A DNA stretch of 64,000 nucleotides from Balanoglossus misakiensis (Eukaryota > Animalia > Hemichordata). The stretch lies in NCBI GenBank assembly GCA_040954595.2, contig CM082580.2, forward strand, positions 2,408,783 to 2,472,782, in the 5' to 3' direction. Of this stretch, positions 25,101 through 40,100 are shown in pieces. A program made the translations under genes and the position numbers. The stretch's first letter is position 1. Every line of letters begins with the position of its first letter. The notes under the pieces were generated by a model that saw only the letters and a list, made by a program, of their open reading frames with translations, ran no database searches and was not told where the DNA came from.

Positions 25101-28100
25101 TCAATTTTAGTCCCAACCCTCCAAACGCCAAGTCTGTACCTGCTCTGGATGCCAAGATATGGTAAAGTAGGTCAAAGGTCACCTGAGGTCATGCAAAATT
25201 TGGGCAAGAAATTTTGACCCTGTACTGGTCCATGTTCAACAAAAACAAAACCTATAGCCCTATTGGTTAGCCTGGAATTAGGTATGCACATAATTAATGA
25301 GATATGCAGGTGTCACAGGTGACCCCTATTTTGGCTTTTCAACTTTAGTCCCAACCCTCCAAACGCCAAGTCTGTACCTGCTCTGGATGCCGAGATATAG
25401 GAAAGTAGGTCAAAGGTCACCTGAGTTCACCCCAAATTTGGGCAAGAAATGTTGGCCCTATACTGGTCCATGTCCCACAAGAACGAAACATCTAGCCCTC
25501 TTAGTTAGCCCAGAATTAGGTATGCACATAATTAATGAGTTAAGCAGGTGTTACAGGTGAGCCTAAAATTTTGCCTTTTATTTTGGTGCCATTGTGCTCA
25601 CTGACCAATAGACACTCACTGTACAGGACTATCGCACTGACCAGAATTCCACAATAAGACATGGACATAGCTTAACCATAGAGGTATAAGCAAAGGTATA
25701 AATTTAATAAACAAATTAATATAAAAAAATCTGTCGATTTTTCATATTATTTTTTTCTGCTTAAAATTATTGACAAATGCTAGGCTTGCTGCACACCAAA
25801 GTTGGAGATGATCGGCCTAACAGATTTTGAGATATGTATGCATATTTATCCAAAATAATATGTGGTCATAGCTTTACTATGTAAAGTATAGGCCCATGGC
25901 TTGGTCAAAAAATATGGAAAATAATACTTAAAAATCTTCTTCTCAAAATTGGCATGGCCAATGGCCTTGACATTTGGCATGTAGGACACTGACCACATGG
26001 TCCGCAAAAGTTGCTAAAAGAATTGTGATATCTCCATTCATATGCAAATAAGGCGGATTTGAAAATTTTGCCCATATATGGTCATCAGGTCACGTGACTA
26101 ATTAAACATTCACAAGGGTACTGCACTAGCTCTCATTGGCCTGCACCATTGTGCCAAGTTTGAAATTGGTAGGTTTAGCAGTTTTCCAGATCTACCTCGC
26201 CAAAGAAAATGACAGAAGAAGAAAAAGAAGAAGAAGTAGAAGAAAAACCCCAGTAATACCAATAGGGCACAAGCCTGCTTGGCTTGTGCCCTAAAAATAT
26301 AGCTGCAAGCAGCAATAGCGGGCCCAAGCCAACATAGCACATAGCAACATAGCAATAAGCATATCTGCTCTGGATGCCAAGATATGGTTAAGTAAGTCAA
26401 AGGTCACCTGAGGTCATGCAAAATTTGGGCAAGAAATTTTGACCCTATACTGGTCCATGTTCAACAAAAACCAAACCTATAGCCCTATTGGTTAGCCTGA
26501 AATTAGGTATGTACATAATTAATGAGGTAGGCAGGTGTCACAGTTGACCCCCAGTGTTGCCTTTTCAATTTTAGTCCCAACCCTCCAAACGCCAATTCTG
26601 TACCTGCTCTGGATGCCAAGATATGGTAAAGTAGGTCAAAGGTCACCTGAGGTCATACAAAATTTGGGCAAGAAATTTTGACCCTATACTGGTCCATGTT
26701 CAACAAAAACCAAACCTATAGCCCTATTGGTTAGCCTGGAATTAGGTATGCACATAATTAATGAGATATGCAGGTGTCACAGGTGACCCACATTTTGGCT
26801 TTTCAATTTTAGTCCCAACCCTCCATACGCCAAGTCTGTACCTGCTCTGGATGCCAAGATATAGGAAAGTAGGTCAAAGGTCACCTGAGGTAACCCAAAA
26901 TTTGGGCAAGAAATTTTGACCCTATACTGGTCCATGTCCCACAAGAACGAAACCTCTAGCCCTCTTAGTTAGCCCAGAATTAGGTATGCACATAATTAAT
27001 GAGTTAAGCAGGTGTTACAGGTGAGCCTAAAATTGTGCCTTTTATTTTGGTGCCATTGTGCTCACCGACCAATAGACAGTCACTGTACAGGACTATTGCA
27101 CAGACCAGAATTCCACAATAAGACATGGACATAGCTTAACCATAGAGGTATAAGTAAAGGTATTATTTAATAAAAAAATTAATATAAAAAAATCGGTCGA
27201 TTTTTCATACTATTTTTTTTCGCTTAAAATTATTGACAAATGCTAGGCTAGCTGCACACCAAAGTTGGAGATGATCGGCCTAACAGATTTTGAGATATGT
27301 ATGCATATTTATCCAAACTAATATGTGGTCATGGCTTTACTATGGAAAGTATAGGCCCATGGCTTGGTAAAAAATATGAAAAATAATACTTAAAAATCTT
27401 CTTCTCAAAATTGGAATGGCCAATGGCCTTGACATTTGGCATGTAGGACACTGACCACATGGTCCGCAAAAGTTGCTAAAAGAATTTTGATATCTCCATT
27501 CATATGCAAATAAGGCCGATTTGGAAATTTTGCCCATATATGGTCATCAGGTCACGTGACTAATTTAACATTCACAAGGGTACTGCACTAGCTCTCATTG
27601 GCCTGCACCATTGTGCCAAGTTTGAAATTGGTAGGTTTAGCAGTTTTCCAGATCTACCTCGCCAAAGAAAACGACAGAAGAAGAAAAAGAAGAAGAAGTA
27701 GAAGAAAATATAGCTGCAAGCAGCAATAGCGGGCCCAAGCCAACATAGCACATAGCAACATAGCAATAAGCATATCTGCTCTGGATGCCAAGATATGGTA
27801 AAGTAGGTCAAAGGTCACCTGAGTTCATGCAAAATTTGGGCAAGAAATTTTGACCCTATACTGGTCCATGTTCAACAAAAACCAAACCTATAGCCCTATT
27901 TGTTAGCCTGGAATTAGGTATGCGCATAATTAATGAGATATGCAGGTGTCACAGGTAACCCCCAATTTTGGCTTTTCAATTTTAGTCCCAACCCTCCAAA
28001 CGCCAATTCTGTACCTGCTCTGGATGCCAAGATATGGTTAAGTAGGTCAAAGGTCACTTGAGGTCATGCAACATTTGGGCAAGAAATTTTGACCCTATAC

Positions 28101-31100
28101 TGGTCCATGTTCAACAAAAAACAAACCTATAGCCCTATTTGTTAGCCTGGAATTAGGTATGCGCATAATTAATGAGATATGCAGGTGTCACAGGTGACCC
28201 CCATTTTGGCTTTTCAATTTTAGTCCCAACCCTGCATGCGCCAAGTTTGTACCTGCTCTGGATGCCAAGATATGGTAAAGTAGGTGAAAGGTCACCTGAG
28301 GTCACCCAAAATTTGGGCAAGAAATTTTGACCCCATACTGGTCCCTGTCCCACAAGAACAAAACCTCTAGGCCTATTAGTTAGCCCGGAATTAGGTATGC
28401 ACATAATTCATTTGTTAAGCAGGTGTTACAGGTGAGCCCAAAATTTTGCCTGTTATTTTGGTCCCATTGTGCTTACTGCCCAATAGACAGTCACTGTACA
28501 GGACCGTTGCACAGACCAGAATTCCACACTAAGACATGTACATAGCTTAACTATATAGGTATAAGTAAAAAGGTATACATTTAATTTTAAAAAATTAATA
28601 TAAAAAAATCGGTCGATTTTTCATATTATTTTTTTCACTTAAAATGATTGACAAATGCTAGGCTAGCTGCACACCAAAGTTTGAGATGATTTTGAGATAT
28701 GTATGCATATTTATCCAAAATAATATGTGGTCATAGCTTTACTAAGTAACGTATAGGCCCATAGCTTGGGCGAAAAATATGAAAAATAATACTTAAAAAT
28801 CTTCTTCTCAAAATTGACATGGCCCATGGCCTTGAAATTTGGCATGTAGGACAATGACCCCATGGTCAGCAAAAGTTGCTAAAAGAATTTTGATATCTCC
28901 ATGCATATGCAAATAAGGCCGATTTGAAAATTTTGCCCAAATATGGTCATCAGGTCACATGACTTATTAAACATTCACAAGGGTACAGCTCATGCTCTTA
29001 TTGGCCTGCACCATTATGCCAAGTTTGAAATTTGTAGGTTCAGCCGTTTTCAAGATGTACTTGACGAAAAAAACGGCACAAGAAGAAGAAGAAGAAAAAC
29101 TCCAGTAAAAACAATAGGGCACAAGCCTGCTGGGCTTGTGCCCTAAATATAGCTGCAAGCAGCAATAGCGGGCCCAAGCCAACATAGCACATAGCAACAT
29201 AGCAATACGCATATCTGCTCTGGATGCCAAGATATGGTAAAGTAGGTCAAAGGTCACCTGAGGTCATGCAAAATTTGGGCAAGAAATTTTGACCCTATAC
29301 TGGTCCATGTTCAACAAAAACCAAACATATAGCCCTATTGGTTAGCCTGGAATTAGGTATGCACATAATTAATGAGGTAGGCAGGTGTCACAGGTGACCC
29401 CCAGTGTTGCCTTTTCAATTTTAGTCCCAACCCTCCAAACGCCAAGTCTGTACCTGCTCTGGATGCCAAGATATGGTAAAGTAGGTCAAAGGTCACCTGA
29501 GGTCATACAAAATTTGGGCAAGAAATTTTGACCCTATACTGGTCCATGTTCAACAAAAACCAAACCTATAGCCCTATTGGTTAGCCTGGAATTAGGTATG
29601 CACATAATTAATGAGATATGCAGGTGTCACAGGTGACCCCCATTTTGGCTTTTCAATTTTAGTCCCAACCCTCCAAACGCCAAGTCTGTACCAGCTCTGG
29701 ATGCCGAGATATACGAAAGTAGGTCAAAGGTCACCTGAGGTCACCCAAAATTTTGGCAAGAAATTTTGACCCTATACTGGTCCATGTCCCACAAGAACGA
29801 AACCTCTAGCCCTCTTAGTTAGCCCAGAAGTAGGTATGCACATAATTAATGAGTTAAGCAGGTGTTACAGGTGAGCCTCAAATTGTGCCTTCTATTTTGG
29901 TGCCATTGTGCTCACTAACCACAAGACAGTCACTGTACAGGACTATTGCACAGACCAGAATTCCACAATAAGACATGGACATAGCTTAACCATAGAGGTA
30001 TAATTAAAGGTATCAATTTCATAAGAAAATTAATATAAAAAAATCGGTCGATTTTTCATACTATTTTTTTTCGCTTAAAATTATTGACAAATACTAGGCT
30101 AGCTGCACACCAAAGTTGGAGATGATTGGCCAAACAGATTTTGAGATATGTATGCATATTTATCCAAAATAATATGTGGTCTTAGCTTTACTATGGAAAG
30201 TATAGGCCCATGGCTTGGTCAAAAAATATGAAAAATAATACTTAAAAATCTTCTTCTCAAAATTGGCATGGCCAATATCCTTGACATTTGGCATGTAGGA
30301 CACTGACCACATGGTCCGCAAAAGTTGCTAAAAGAATTTTGATATCTCCATTCATATGCAAATAAGGCCGATTTGAAAATTTTGCCCATATATGGTCATC
30401 AGGTCACGTGACTAATTAAACATTCACAAGGGTACTGCACTAGCTCTCATTGGCCTGCACCATTGTGCCAAGTTTGAAATTGGTAGGTTTAGCCGTTTTC
30501 CAGATCTAGCTGACCAAAAAAACGACAGAAGAAGAAGAAGTAGAAGAATATAGCTGCAAGCAGCAATAGCGGGCCCAAGCCAACATAGCACATAGCAACA
30601 TAGCAATAAGCATATCTGCTCTGGATGCCAAGATATGGAAAAGTAGGTCAAAGGTCACCTGAGGTCATGCAAAATTTCGGCAAGAAATTTTGACCCTATA
30701 CTGGTCCATGTTCAACAAAAACCAAACCTATAGCCCTATTGGTTAGTCTTGAATTAGGTATGCACATAATTAACGAGGTAGGCAGGTGTCACAGGTGACC
30801 CCCAATTTTGGCTTTTCAATTTTAGTACCAACCCTCCAAACGCCAAGTCTGTACCTGCTCTGGATGCCAAGATCTGGTAAAGTAGGTCAAAGGTCACCTG
30901 AGGTCACGCAAAATTTGGGCAAGAAATTTTGACCCTATACTGGTCCATGTTCAACAACAACCAAACCTATAGCCCTATTGGTTAGCCTGGAATTAGGTAT
31001 GCACATAATTAATGAGATATGCAGGTGTCACAGGTGACCCCCAATTTTGGCTTTTCAATTTTAGTCCCAACCCTCCAAACGCCAAGTCTGTACCTGCCCT

Positions 31101-34100
31101 GGGTGCCAAGATATGGTAAAGTAGGTCAAAGGTCACCTGAGGTCATGCAAAATTTGGGCCAGAAATTTTGACCCAATACTGGTCCATGTCCCACAAGAAA
31201 GAAACCTCTAGCCCTCTTAGTTAGCCCAGAATTAGGTATGCACATAATTAATGAGTTAAGCAGGTGTTACAGGTGAGCCTAAAAGTGTGCCTTTTATTTT
31301 GGTGCCATTGTGCTCACTGACAGGACTATTGCACAGACCAGAATTCCACAATAAGACATGGACATAGCTTAACCATAGAGGTATAAGTAAAGGTATAAAT
31401 TTAATAAAAAAATTAATATAAAAAAATCGGTCGATTTTTCATATTATTTTTTTCTGCTTAAAATTATTGACCAATGCTAGGCTAGCTGCACACCAAAGTT
31501 GGAGATGATTGGTCTAACAGATTTTGAGATATGTATGCATATTTATCCAAAATAATATGTGGTCATAGCTTTACTATGGAAAGTATAGGCACATGGCTTG
31601 GTCAAAAAATATCAAAAATAATACTTAAAAATCTTCTTCTGAAAATTGGCATGGCCAATGGCCTTGACATTTGGCATGTAGGACACTGACCACATGGTCC
31701 GCAAAAGTTGCTAAAAGAATTTTGATATCTCCATTCATATGCAAATAAGGCTGATTTGAAAATTCTGCCCATATATGGTCATCAAGTCACGTGACTAATT
31801 AAACATTCACAAGGGTACTGCACTAGCTCTCATTGGCCTGCACCATTGTGCCAAGTTTGAAATTGGTAGGTTTAGCAGTTTTCCAGATCTACCTCGCCAA
31901 AGAAAACGACAGAAGAAGAAAAAGAAGAAGAAGTAGAAGAAAAACCCCAGTAATACCAATAGGGCCCAAGCCTGCTGGGCTTGGGCCCTAAATATAGCTG
32001 CAAGCAGCAATAGCGGGCCCAAGCCAACATAGCACATAGCAACATAGCAATAAGCATATCTGCCCTGGATGCCAAGATATGGTAAAGAAGGTCAAAGGTC
32101 ACCTGAGGTCATGCAAAATTTGGGCAAGATACTTCGACCCTATACTGGTCTGTGTTCAACAAAAAACAAACCTATAGCCCTATTGGTTAGCCTGGAATTA
32201 GGTATGCACATAATTAATTAGGTAGGCAGGTGTCACAGGTGATCCCCAATTTTGGCTTTTCAATTTTAGTCCCAACCCTCCAAACGCCAAGTCTGTACCT
32301 GCTCTGGATGCCGAGATCTGGTAAAGTAGGTCAAAGGTCACCTGAGGTCATGCAAAATTTGGGCAAGAAATCTTTACCCTATACTGGTCCATGTTCAACA
32401 AAAACCAAACCTATAGCCCTATTGGTTACCCTGGAATTAGGTATGCACATAATTAATGAGATATGCAGGTGTCACAGGTGACCCCCAATTTGGTTTTTCA
32501 ATTTTAGTCCCAACCCTCCAAACGCCAAGTCTGTACCTGCTCTGGATTCCGAGATATAGGAAAGTAGGTCAAAGGTCACCTGAGGTCACCCAACATTTGG
32601 GCAAGAAATTTTGACCCTATACTGGTCCATGTCCCACAAGAATGAAACCTCTAGCCCTCTTAGTTAGCCCAGAATTAGGTATGCACATAATAAATGAGTT
32701 AAGCAGGTGTTACAGGTGAGCCTAAAATTGTGCCTTTTATTTTGGTGCCATTGTGCTCACACACCAATAGACAGTCACTGTACAGGACTATTGCACAGAC
32801 CAGAATTCCACAATAAGACATGGACATAGCTTAACCATAGAGGTATAAGTAAAGGTATAAATTTAATAAAAAAATTAATATAAAAAAATCGGTCGATTTT
32901 TCATAGTATTTTTTTTCGCTTAAAATTATTGACAAATGCTAGGCTAGCTGCACACCAAAGTTGGAGATGATCGGCCTAACAGATTTTGAGATATGTATGC
33001 ATATTTATCCAAAATAATATGTGGTCATAGCTTTACTATGTAAAGTATAGGCCGATGGCTTGGGCGAAAAATATGAAAAATAATACTTAAAAATCTTCTT
33101 CTCAAAATTGACATGGCCTATGGCCTTGACATTTGGCATGTAGAACCCGTGCCATATGGCCCACAAAGTATCTTAACAGAATTTTGATATCCCCATTCAT
33201 ATGCAAATTAGGCCGATTTGAAAATTTTGCCCATATATGGTCATCAGGTCACGTGACTAATTAAACATTCACAAGTGTACTGCACAAGCTCTCATTGGCC
33301 TGCACCATTGTGCCAAGTTTGAAATTGGTAGGTTAAGCCGTTTTCCAGATCTAGCTGGCCGAAAAAACGACAGAAGAAGAAAAAGAAATATAGCTGCAAG
33401 CAGCGATGACGGGCCCAAGCTTAAGCCGAAGGTCAAAGGTCATATGTGGTCACCCAAAATTTGGGCAAAACGTTTTGATCCCAATACTAGTCCAGGTCCA
33501 ACAGAAACCAGACCTCTAGCCCTATTGGCTTGTCTGAAATTAGATATGCGCATAATTAATGATGTAAAGTGTAAGACTCCATTAATAGTTCGATCCATCC
33601 AAACACAAATGCTGTACCTGTTCTGGATGCCGAGATATAGGAAAGTAGGTCAAAGGTCACCTGAGGCCACCCGAAAGTTGGGCAAAAAAATTTGACCCCA
33701 TACTAGTCCAGGTCCAAGAAAAAACAGACCTCTAGCCCTATTGGTTCGCCTGGAATTAGATATGCACATAATTAATGAGGTAAAGTATAAGGCTCCATTA
33801 GAAGTTCCATGCCTCCAAATGCCAAGGCTGTATCTGCGTTGGTTGCTGAGTTATGGTAAAGTAGGTCAAAGGTCACCTGAGGTCACCCAAAATTGGGCAA
33901 GAAATTTTAACCCCATACTGGTCCATGTTCAACAAAAATCAAACCTCTAGCCCTATTGGCTAGCCTGGAATTAGGTATGCACATAATTAATGAGATAAGC
34001 AGGTGTCACAGGTGACCCCCAATTTTGTCTTTTCAATTTTAGTCACAACCCTCCAAACGCCAAGTCTGTACCTGCTATGGATGCCGAGATATAGGAAAGT

Positions 34101-37100
34101 AGGTCAAAGGTCACCTGAGGTCACCCAAAATTTGGGCAAGAAATTTTGACCCTATACTGGTCCATGTCCCACAAGAACGAAACCTCTAGCCCTGTTAGTT
34201 AGCCCAGAATTAGGTATGCACATAATTAATGAGTTAAGCAGGTGTTACAGGTGAGCCCAAAATTTTGCCTTTTATTTTGGTGCCATTGTGCTCACTTACC
34301 AATAGACAGTCACTGTACAGGACTATTGCACAGACCACTATTCCACAATAAGACATGGACATAGCTTAACTATAGAGGTATAAGTAAAGGTATAAATTTA
34401 ATAAAACAATTAATATAAAAAAATCGGTCGATTTTTCATATTATTTTTTTCCACTTAAAATTATTGACAAATGCTAGGCTAGCTGCACACCAAAGTTGGA
34501 CTTGATCGGCCAAACAGATTTTGAGATATGTATGCATATATATCCATAATATGTGGTCATAGCTTTACTATGAAAAGTATAGGCCCATGGCTTGGGCGAA
34601 AAATATGGAAAATAATACTTAAAAATCTTCTTCTCAAAATTGAGCTGGCCTATGGCCTCGACATTTGGCATGTAGAACCCTGGCCATATGGTCCGTAAAA
34701 CTTGCTAAAAGAATTTTGATACATCCATTCATATGCAAATTAGGCAGATTTGAAAATTTTGCCCATATATGGTCATCAGGTCACATGACTAATTAAACAT
34801 TCACAGGGGTACAGCTCTAGCTCTCATTGGCCTGCACCATTGTGCTAAGTTTGAAATTGGTAGGTTCAGCCATTTTCCAGATCTAGCTCGCCAAAAAAAC
34901 GACACAAGAAGAAAAAAAAAAAAAAAATATAGCTGCAAGCAGCAATAGCGGGCCCAAGCCAACATAGCACATAGCAACATAGCAATAAGCATATCTACTC
35001 TGGATGTCAAGATATGGTAAAGTAGGTCAAAGGTCAACTGAGTTCATGCAAAATTTGGGCAAGAAATTTTGACCCTATACTGGTCCATGTTCAACAAAAA
35101 CCAAACCTATAGCCCTATTGGTTAGCCTGGAATTAGGTATGCACATAATTAATGAGGTAGGCAGGTGTCACAACTGACCCCCAATTTGGCTTTCCAATTT
35201 TAGTCCCAACCCTCCAAACGCCAAGCCTGTACCTGCTCTGGATGCCGAGATCTGGTAAAGTAGTTCAAAGGTCACCTGAGGTCATGCAAAATTTGGGCAA
35301 GAAATTTTGACCCTATACTGGTCCATGTTCAACAAAAACCAAACCTATAGCTCTATTGGTTAGCCTGGAATTAGGTATGCACATAATTATTGAGATATGC
35401 AGGTGACACAGGTGAGCGCCAATTCGGCTTTTCAATTTTAATCCCAACCCTCCGAACGCCAAGTCTGTACCTGCTCTGGATGCCAAGATATGGTAAAGTA
35501 GGTCAAAGGTCACCTGAGGTCATGCGAAATTTGGGCAAGAAATTTTGACCCTATACTGGTCCATGTTCAACAAAAACCAAACCTATAGCTCTACTGGTTA
35601 GCCTGGAATTAGGTATGCACATAATTAATGAGATATGCAGGTGTCACAGGTGATCCCCATTTTGGCTTTTCAATTTTAGTCACAACCCTCCAAACGCCAA
35701 GTCTGTACCTGCTCTGGATGCCGAGATATAGGAAAGTAGGTCAAAGGTCACCTGAGGTCACCGAAAATTTGGTAAACATTTTTGACCCCATACTAGTCCT
35801 TGTCACACAAGAACAATACCTCTAGCCCTATTAGTTAGCCCGGAATGAGGTATGTGCATAATTAATGAGTTAAGCAGGTGTTACAGGTGAGCCCAAAATT
35901 TTGCCTTTTATTTTGGTCCCATTCTGCGCACGGGCCAATAGACAGTCAGTGTACAGGAACATTGCACAGACCAGAATTCTACAATAAGACGTGGACATAG
36001 CTTAACCATAGAGGTATAAGTAAAGGTATAAATGTCATAAAAAAATTAATATAAAAAAATCGGTCGATTTTTCATATTAATTTTTTTCGCTTAAAATTAT
36101 TGGCAAATGCTAAGCTACCTGCACACCTTGGAGTTGATCGGCCCAACATATTTTGAGATATGACTGCATATTCATCCAAAATAAAATGTGGTCAAAGCTT
36201 AACTATGTATAGTATAGGCCGATGGCTTGGCCGAAAAATATGAAAAATAATACTTAAAAATCTTCTTCTCAAAATTGACAAGGCCTATGGCCTTGACATT
36301 TGGCATGTAGAACCCTGACCACATGGTTCACAAAAGTTGCTAAAAGAATTTTGATATCTCCGTGCATATGCAAATAAGGCCGATTTGAAAATTTTGCCCA
36401 TATATGGTCATCAGGTCACATGACTTATTGAACATTCACGAGGGTACTGCACCAGCTCTCATTGGCCTGCACCATAGTGCCAAATTTGAGATTTGTGGGT
36501 TCAGCAGTTTTTCAGATCTACCTGGCCGAAAAAAGTGCCCAAGAAGAAGTAGAAGAAAAAAGCCAACAATACCAATAGGGCACAAGCCTGTGGGGCTTGT
36601 GCCCTAAAAAACCCCAGTAAAAACAATAGGGCCCAAGCCTGCTGGGCTTGGGCCCTAAATATAGCTGCAAGCAGCAATAGCGGGCCCAAGCCAACATAGC
36701 ACATAGCAACATAGCAATAAGCATATCTGCTCTGGATGCCAAGATATGGTAAAGTAGGTCAAAGGTCACCTGAGTTCATGCAAAATTTGGGCAAGAAATT
36801 TTGACCCTATACTGGTCCATGTTCAACAAAAACCAAACCTAAAGCCCTATTGGTTAGCCTGGAATTAGGTATGCACATAATTAATGAGATATGCAGGTGT
36901 CACAGGTGACCCCCCATTTTGGCTTTTCAATTTTAGTCCCGACCCTCCAAACGCCAAGTCTGTACCAGCTCTGGATGCCGAGATATGGTAAAGTAGGTCA
37001 AAGGTCACTTGAGGTCATGCAACATTTGGGCAAAAAATTTTGACCCTATACTGGTCCATGTTCAACAAAAACCAAACCTATAGCCCTATTTGTTAGCCTG

Positions 37101-40100
37101 GAATTAGGTATGCGCATAATTAATGAGATATGCAGGTGTCACAGGTAACCCCCAATTTTGGCTTTTCAATTTTAGTCCCAACCCTCCAAACGCCAATTCT
37201 GTACCTGCTCTGGATGCCAAGATATGGTTAAGTAGGTCAAAGGTCACTTGAGGTCATGCAACATTTGGGCAAGAAATTTTGACCCTATACTGGTCCATGT
37301 TCAACAAAAAACAAACCTATCGCCCTATTTGTTAGCCTGGAATTAGGTATGCGCATAATTAATGAGATATGCAGGTGTCACAGGTGACCCCCATTTTGGC
37401 TTTTCAATTTTAGTCCCAACCCTGCATGCGCCAAGTTTGTACCTGCTCTGGATGCCAAGATATGGTAAAGTAGGTGAAAGGTCACCTGAGGTCACCCAAA
37501 ATTTGGGCAAGAAATTTTGACCCCATACTGGTCCCTGTCCCACAAGAACAAAACCTCTAGGCCTATTAGTTAGCCCGGAATTAGGTATGCACATAATTCA
37601 TTAGTTAAGCAGGTGTTACAGGTGAGCCCAAAATTTTGCCTGTTATTTTGGTCCCATTGTGCTCACTGCCCAATAGACAGTCACTGTACAGGACCGTTGC
37701 ACAGACCAGAATTCCACACTAAGACGTGTACATAGCTTAACTGACAAATGCTAGGCTAGCTGCACACCAAAGTTTGAGATGATTTTGAGATATGTATGCA
37801 TATTTATCCAAAATAATATGTGGTCATAGCTTTACTAAGTAACGTATAGGCCCATAGCTTGGGCGAAAAATATGAAAAATAATACTTAAAAATCTTCTTC
37901 TCAAAATTGACGTGGCCCATGGCCTTGAAATTTGGCATGTAGGACAATGACCCCATGGTCAGCAAAAGTTGCTAAAAGAATTTTGATATCTCCATGCATA
38001 TGCAAATAAGGCCGATTTGAAAATTTTGCCCAAATATGGTCATCAGGTCACATGACTTATTAAACATTCACAAGGGTACAGCTCATGCTCTTATTGGCCT
38101 GCACCATTATGCCAAGTTTGAAATTTGTAGGTTCAGCCGTTTTCCAGATGTACTTGACGAAAAAAACGGCACAAGAAGAAGAAGAAGAAATATAGCTGCA
38201 AGCAGCAATAGCGGGCCCAAGCCAACATAGCACATAGCAACATAGCAATAAGCATATCTGCTCTGGATGCCAAGATATGGTTAAGTAGGTCAAAGGTCAC
38301 CTGAGGTCATGCAAAATTTGGGCAAGTAATTTTGACCCTATACTGGTCCATGTTCAACAAAAACCAAACCTATAGCCCTATTGGTTAGCCTGAAATTAGG
38401 TATGTACATAATTAATGAGGTAGGCAGGTGTCACAGGTGACCCCCAGTGTTGCCTTTTCAATTTTAGTCCCAACCCTCCAAACGCCAATTCTGTACCTGC
38501 TCTGGATGCCAAGATATGGTAAAGTAGGTCAAAGGTCACCTGAAGTCATACAAAATTTGGGCAAGTAATTTTGACCCTATACTGGTCCATGTTCAACAAA
38601 AACCAAACCTATAGCCCTATTGGTTAGCCTGAAATTAGGTATGTACATAATTAATGAGGTAGGCAGGTGTCACAGGTGACCCCCAGTGTTGCCTTTTCAA
38701 TTTTAGTCCCAACCCTCCAAACGCCAATTCTGTACCTGCTCTGGATGCCAAGATATGGTAAAGTAGGTCAAAGGTCACCTGAGGTCATACAAAATTTGGG
38801 CAAGAAATTTTGACCCTATACTGGTCCATGTTCAACAAAAACCAAACCTATAGCCCTATTGGTTAGCCTGGAATTAGGTATGCACATAATTAATGAGATA
38901 TGCAGGTGTCACAGGTTACCCACACTTTGGCTTTTCAATTTTAGTCCCAACCCTCCATACGCCAAGTCTGTACCTGCTCTGGATGCCAAGATATAGGAAA
39001 GTAGGTCAAAGGTCACCTGAGGTAACCCAAAATTTGGGCAAGAAATTTTGACCCTATACTGGTCCATGTCCCACAAGAATGAAACCTCTAGCCCTCTTAG
39101 TTAGCCCAGAATTAGGTATGCACATAATTAATGAGTTAAGCAGGTGTTACAGGTGAGCCTAAAATTGTGCCTTTTATTTTGGTGCCATTGTGCTCACCGA
39201 CCAATAGACAGTCACTGTACAGGACTATTGCACAGACCAGAATTCCACAATAAGACATGGACATAGCTTAACCATAGAGGTATAAGTAAAGGTATTATTT
39301 AATAAAAAAATTAATATAAAAAAATCGGTCGATTTTTCATACTATTTTTATTCGCTTAAAATTATTGACAAATGCTAGGCTAGCTGCACACCAAAGTTGG
39401 AGACGATCGGCCTAACAGATTTTGAGATATGTATGCATATTTATCCAAAATAATATGTGGTCATGGCTTTACTATGGAAAGTATAGGCCCATGGCTTGGT
39501 AAAAAATATGAAAAATAATACTTAAAAATCTTCTTCTCAAAATTGGAATGGCCAATGGCCTTGACATTTGGCATGTAGGACACTGACCACATGGTCCGCA
39601 AAAGTTGCTAAAAGAATTTTGATATCTCCATTCATATGCAAATAAGGCCGATTTGGAAATTTTGCCCATATATGGTCATCAGGTCACGTGACTAATTTAA
39701 CATTCACAAGGGTACTGCACTAGCTCTCATTGGCCTGCACCATTGTGCCAAGTTTGAAATTGGTAGGTTTAGCAGTTTTCCAGATCTACCTCGCCAAAGA
39801 AAACGACAGAAGAAGAAAAAGAAGAAGAAGTAGAAGAATATAGCTGCAAGCAGCAATAGCGGGCCCAAGCCAACATATCACATAGCACATAGCAACATAG
39901 CAATAAGCATATCTGCTCTGGATGCCAAGATATGGTAAAGTAGGTCAAAGGTCACCTGAGGTCATGCAAAATTTGGGCAAGAAATTTTGACCCTATACTG
40001 GTCCATGTTCAACAAAAACCAAACCTATAGCCCTATTGGTTAGCCTGGAATTAGGTATGCACATAATTAATGAGGTAGGCAGGTGTCACAGGTGATCCCC

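Noticed and set aside
26263-26293. TAG...CTA hairpins as miniature Academ elements or bacterial terminators
   Set aside because: There is no consistent TSD, and each hairpin is linked to a spacer and matches the subterminal repeat at the far end of a body, so they are element 5' ends.
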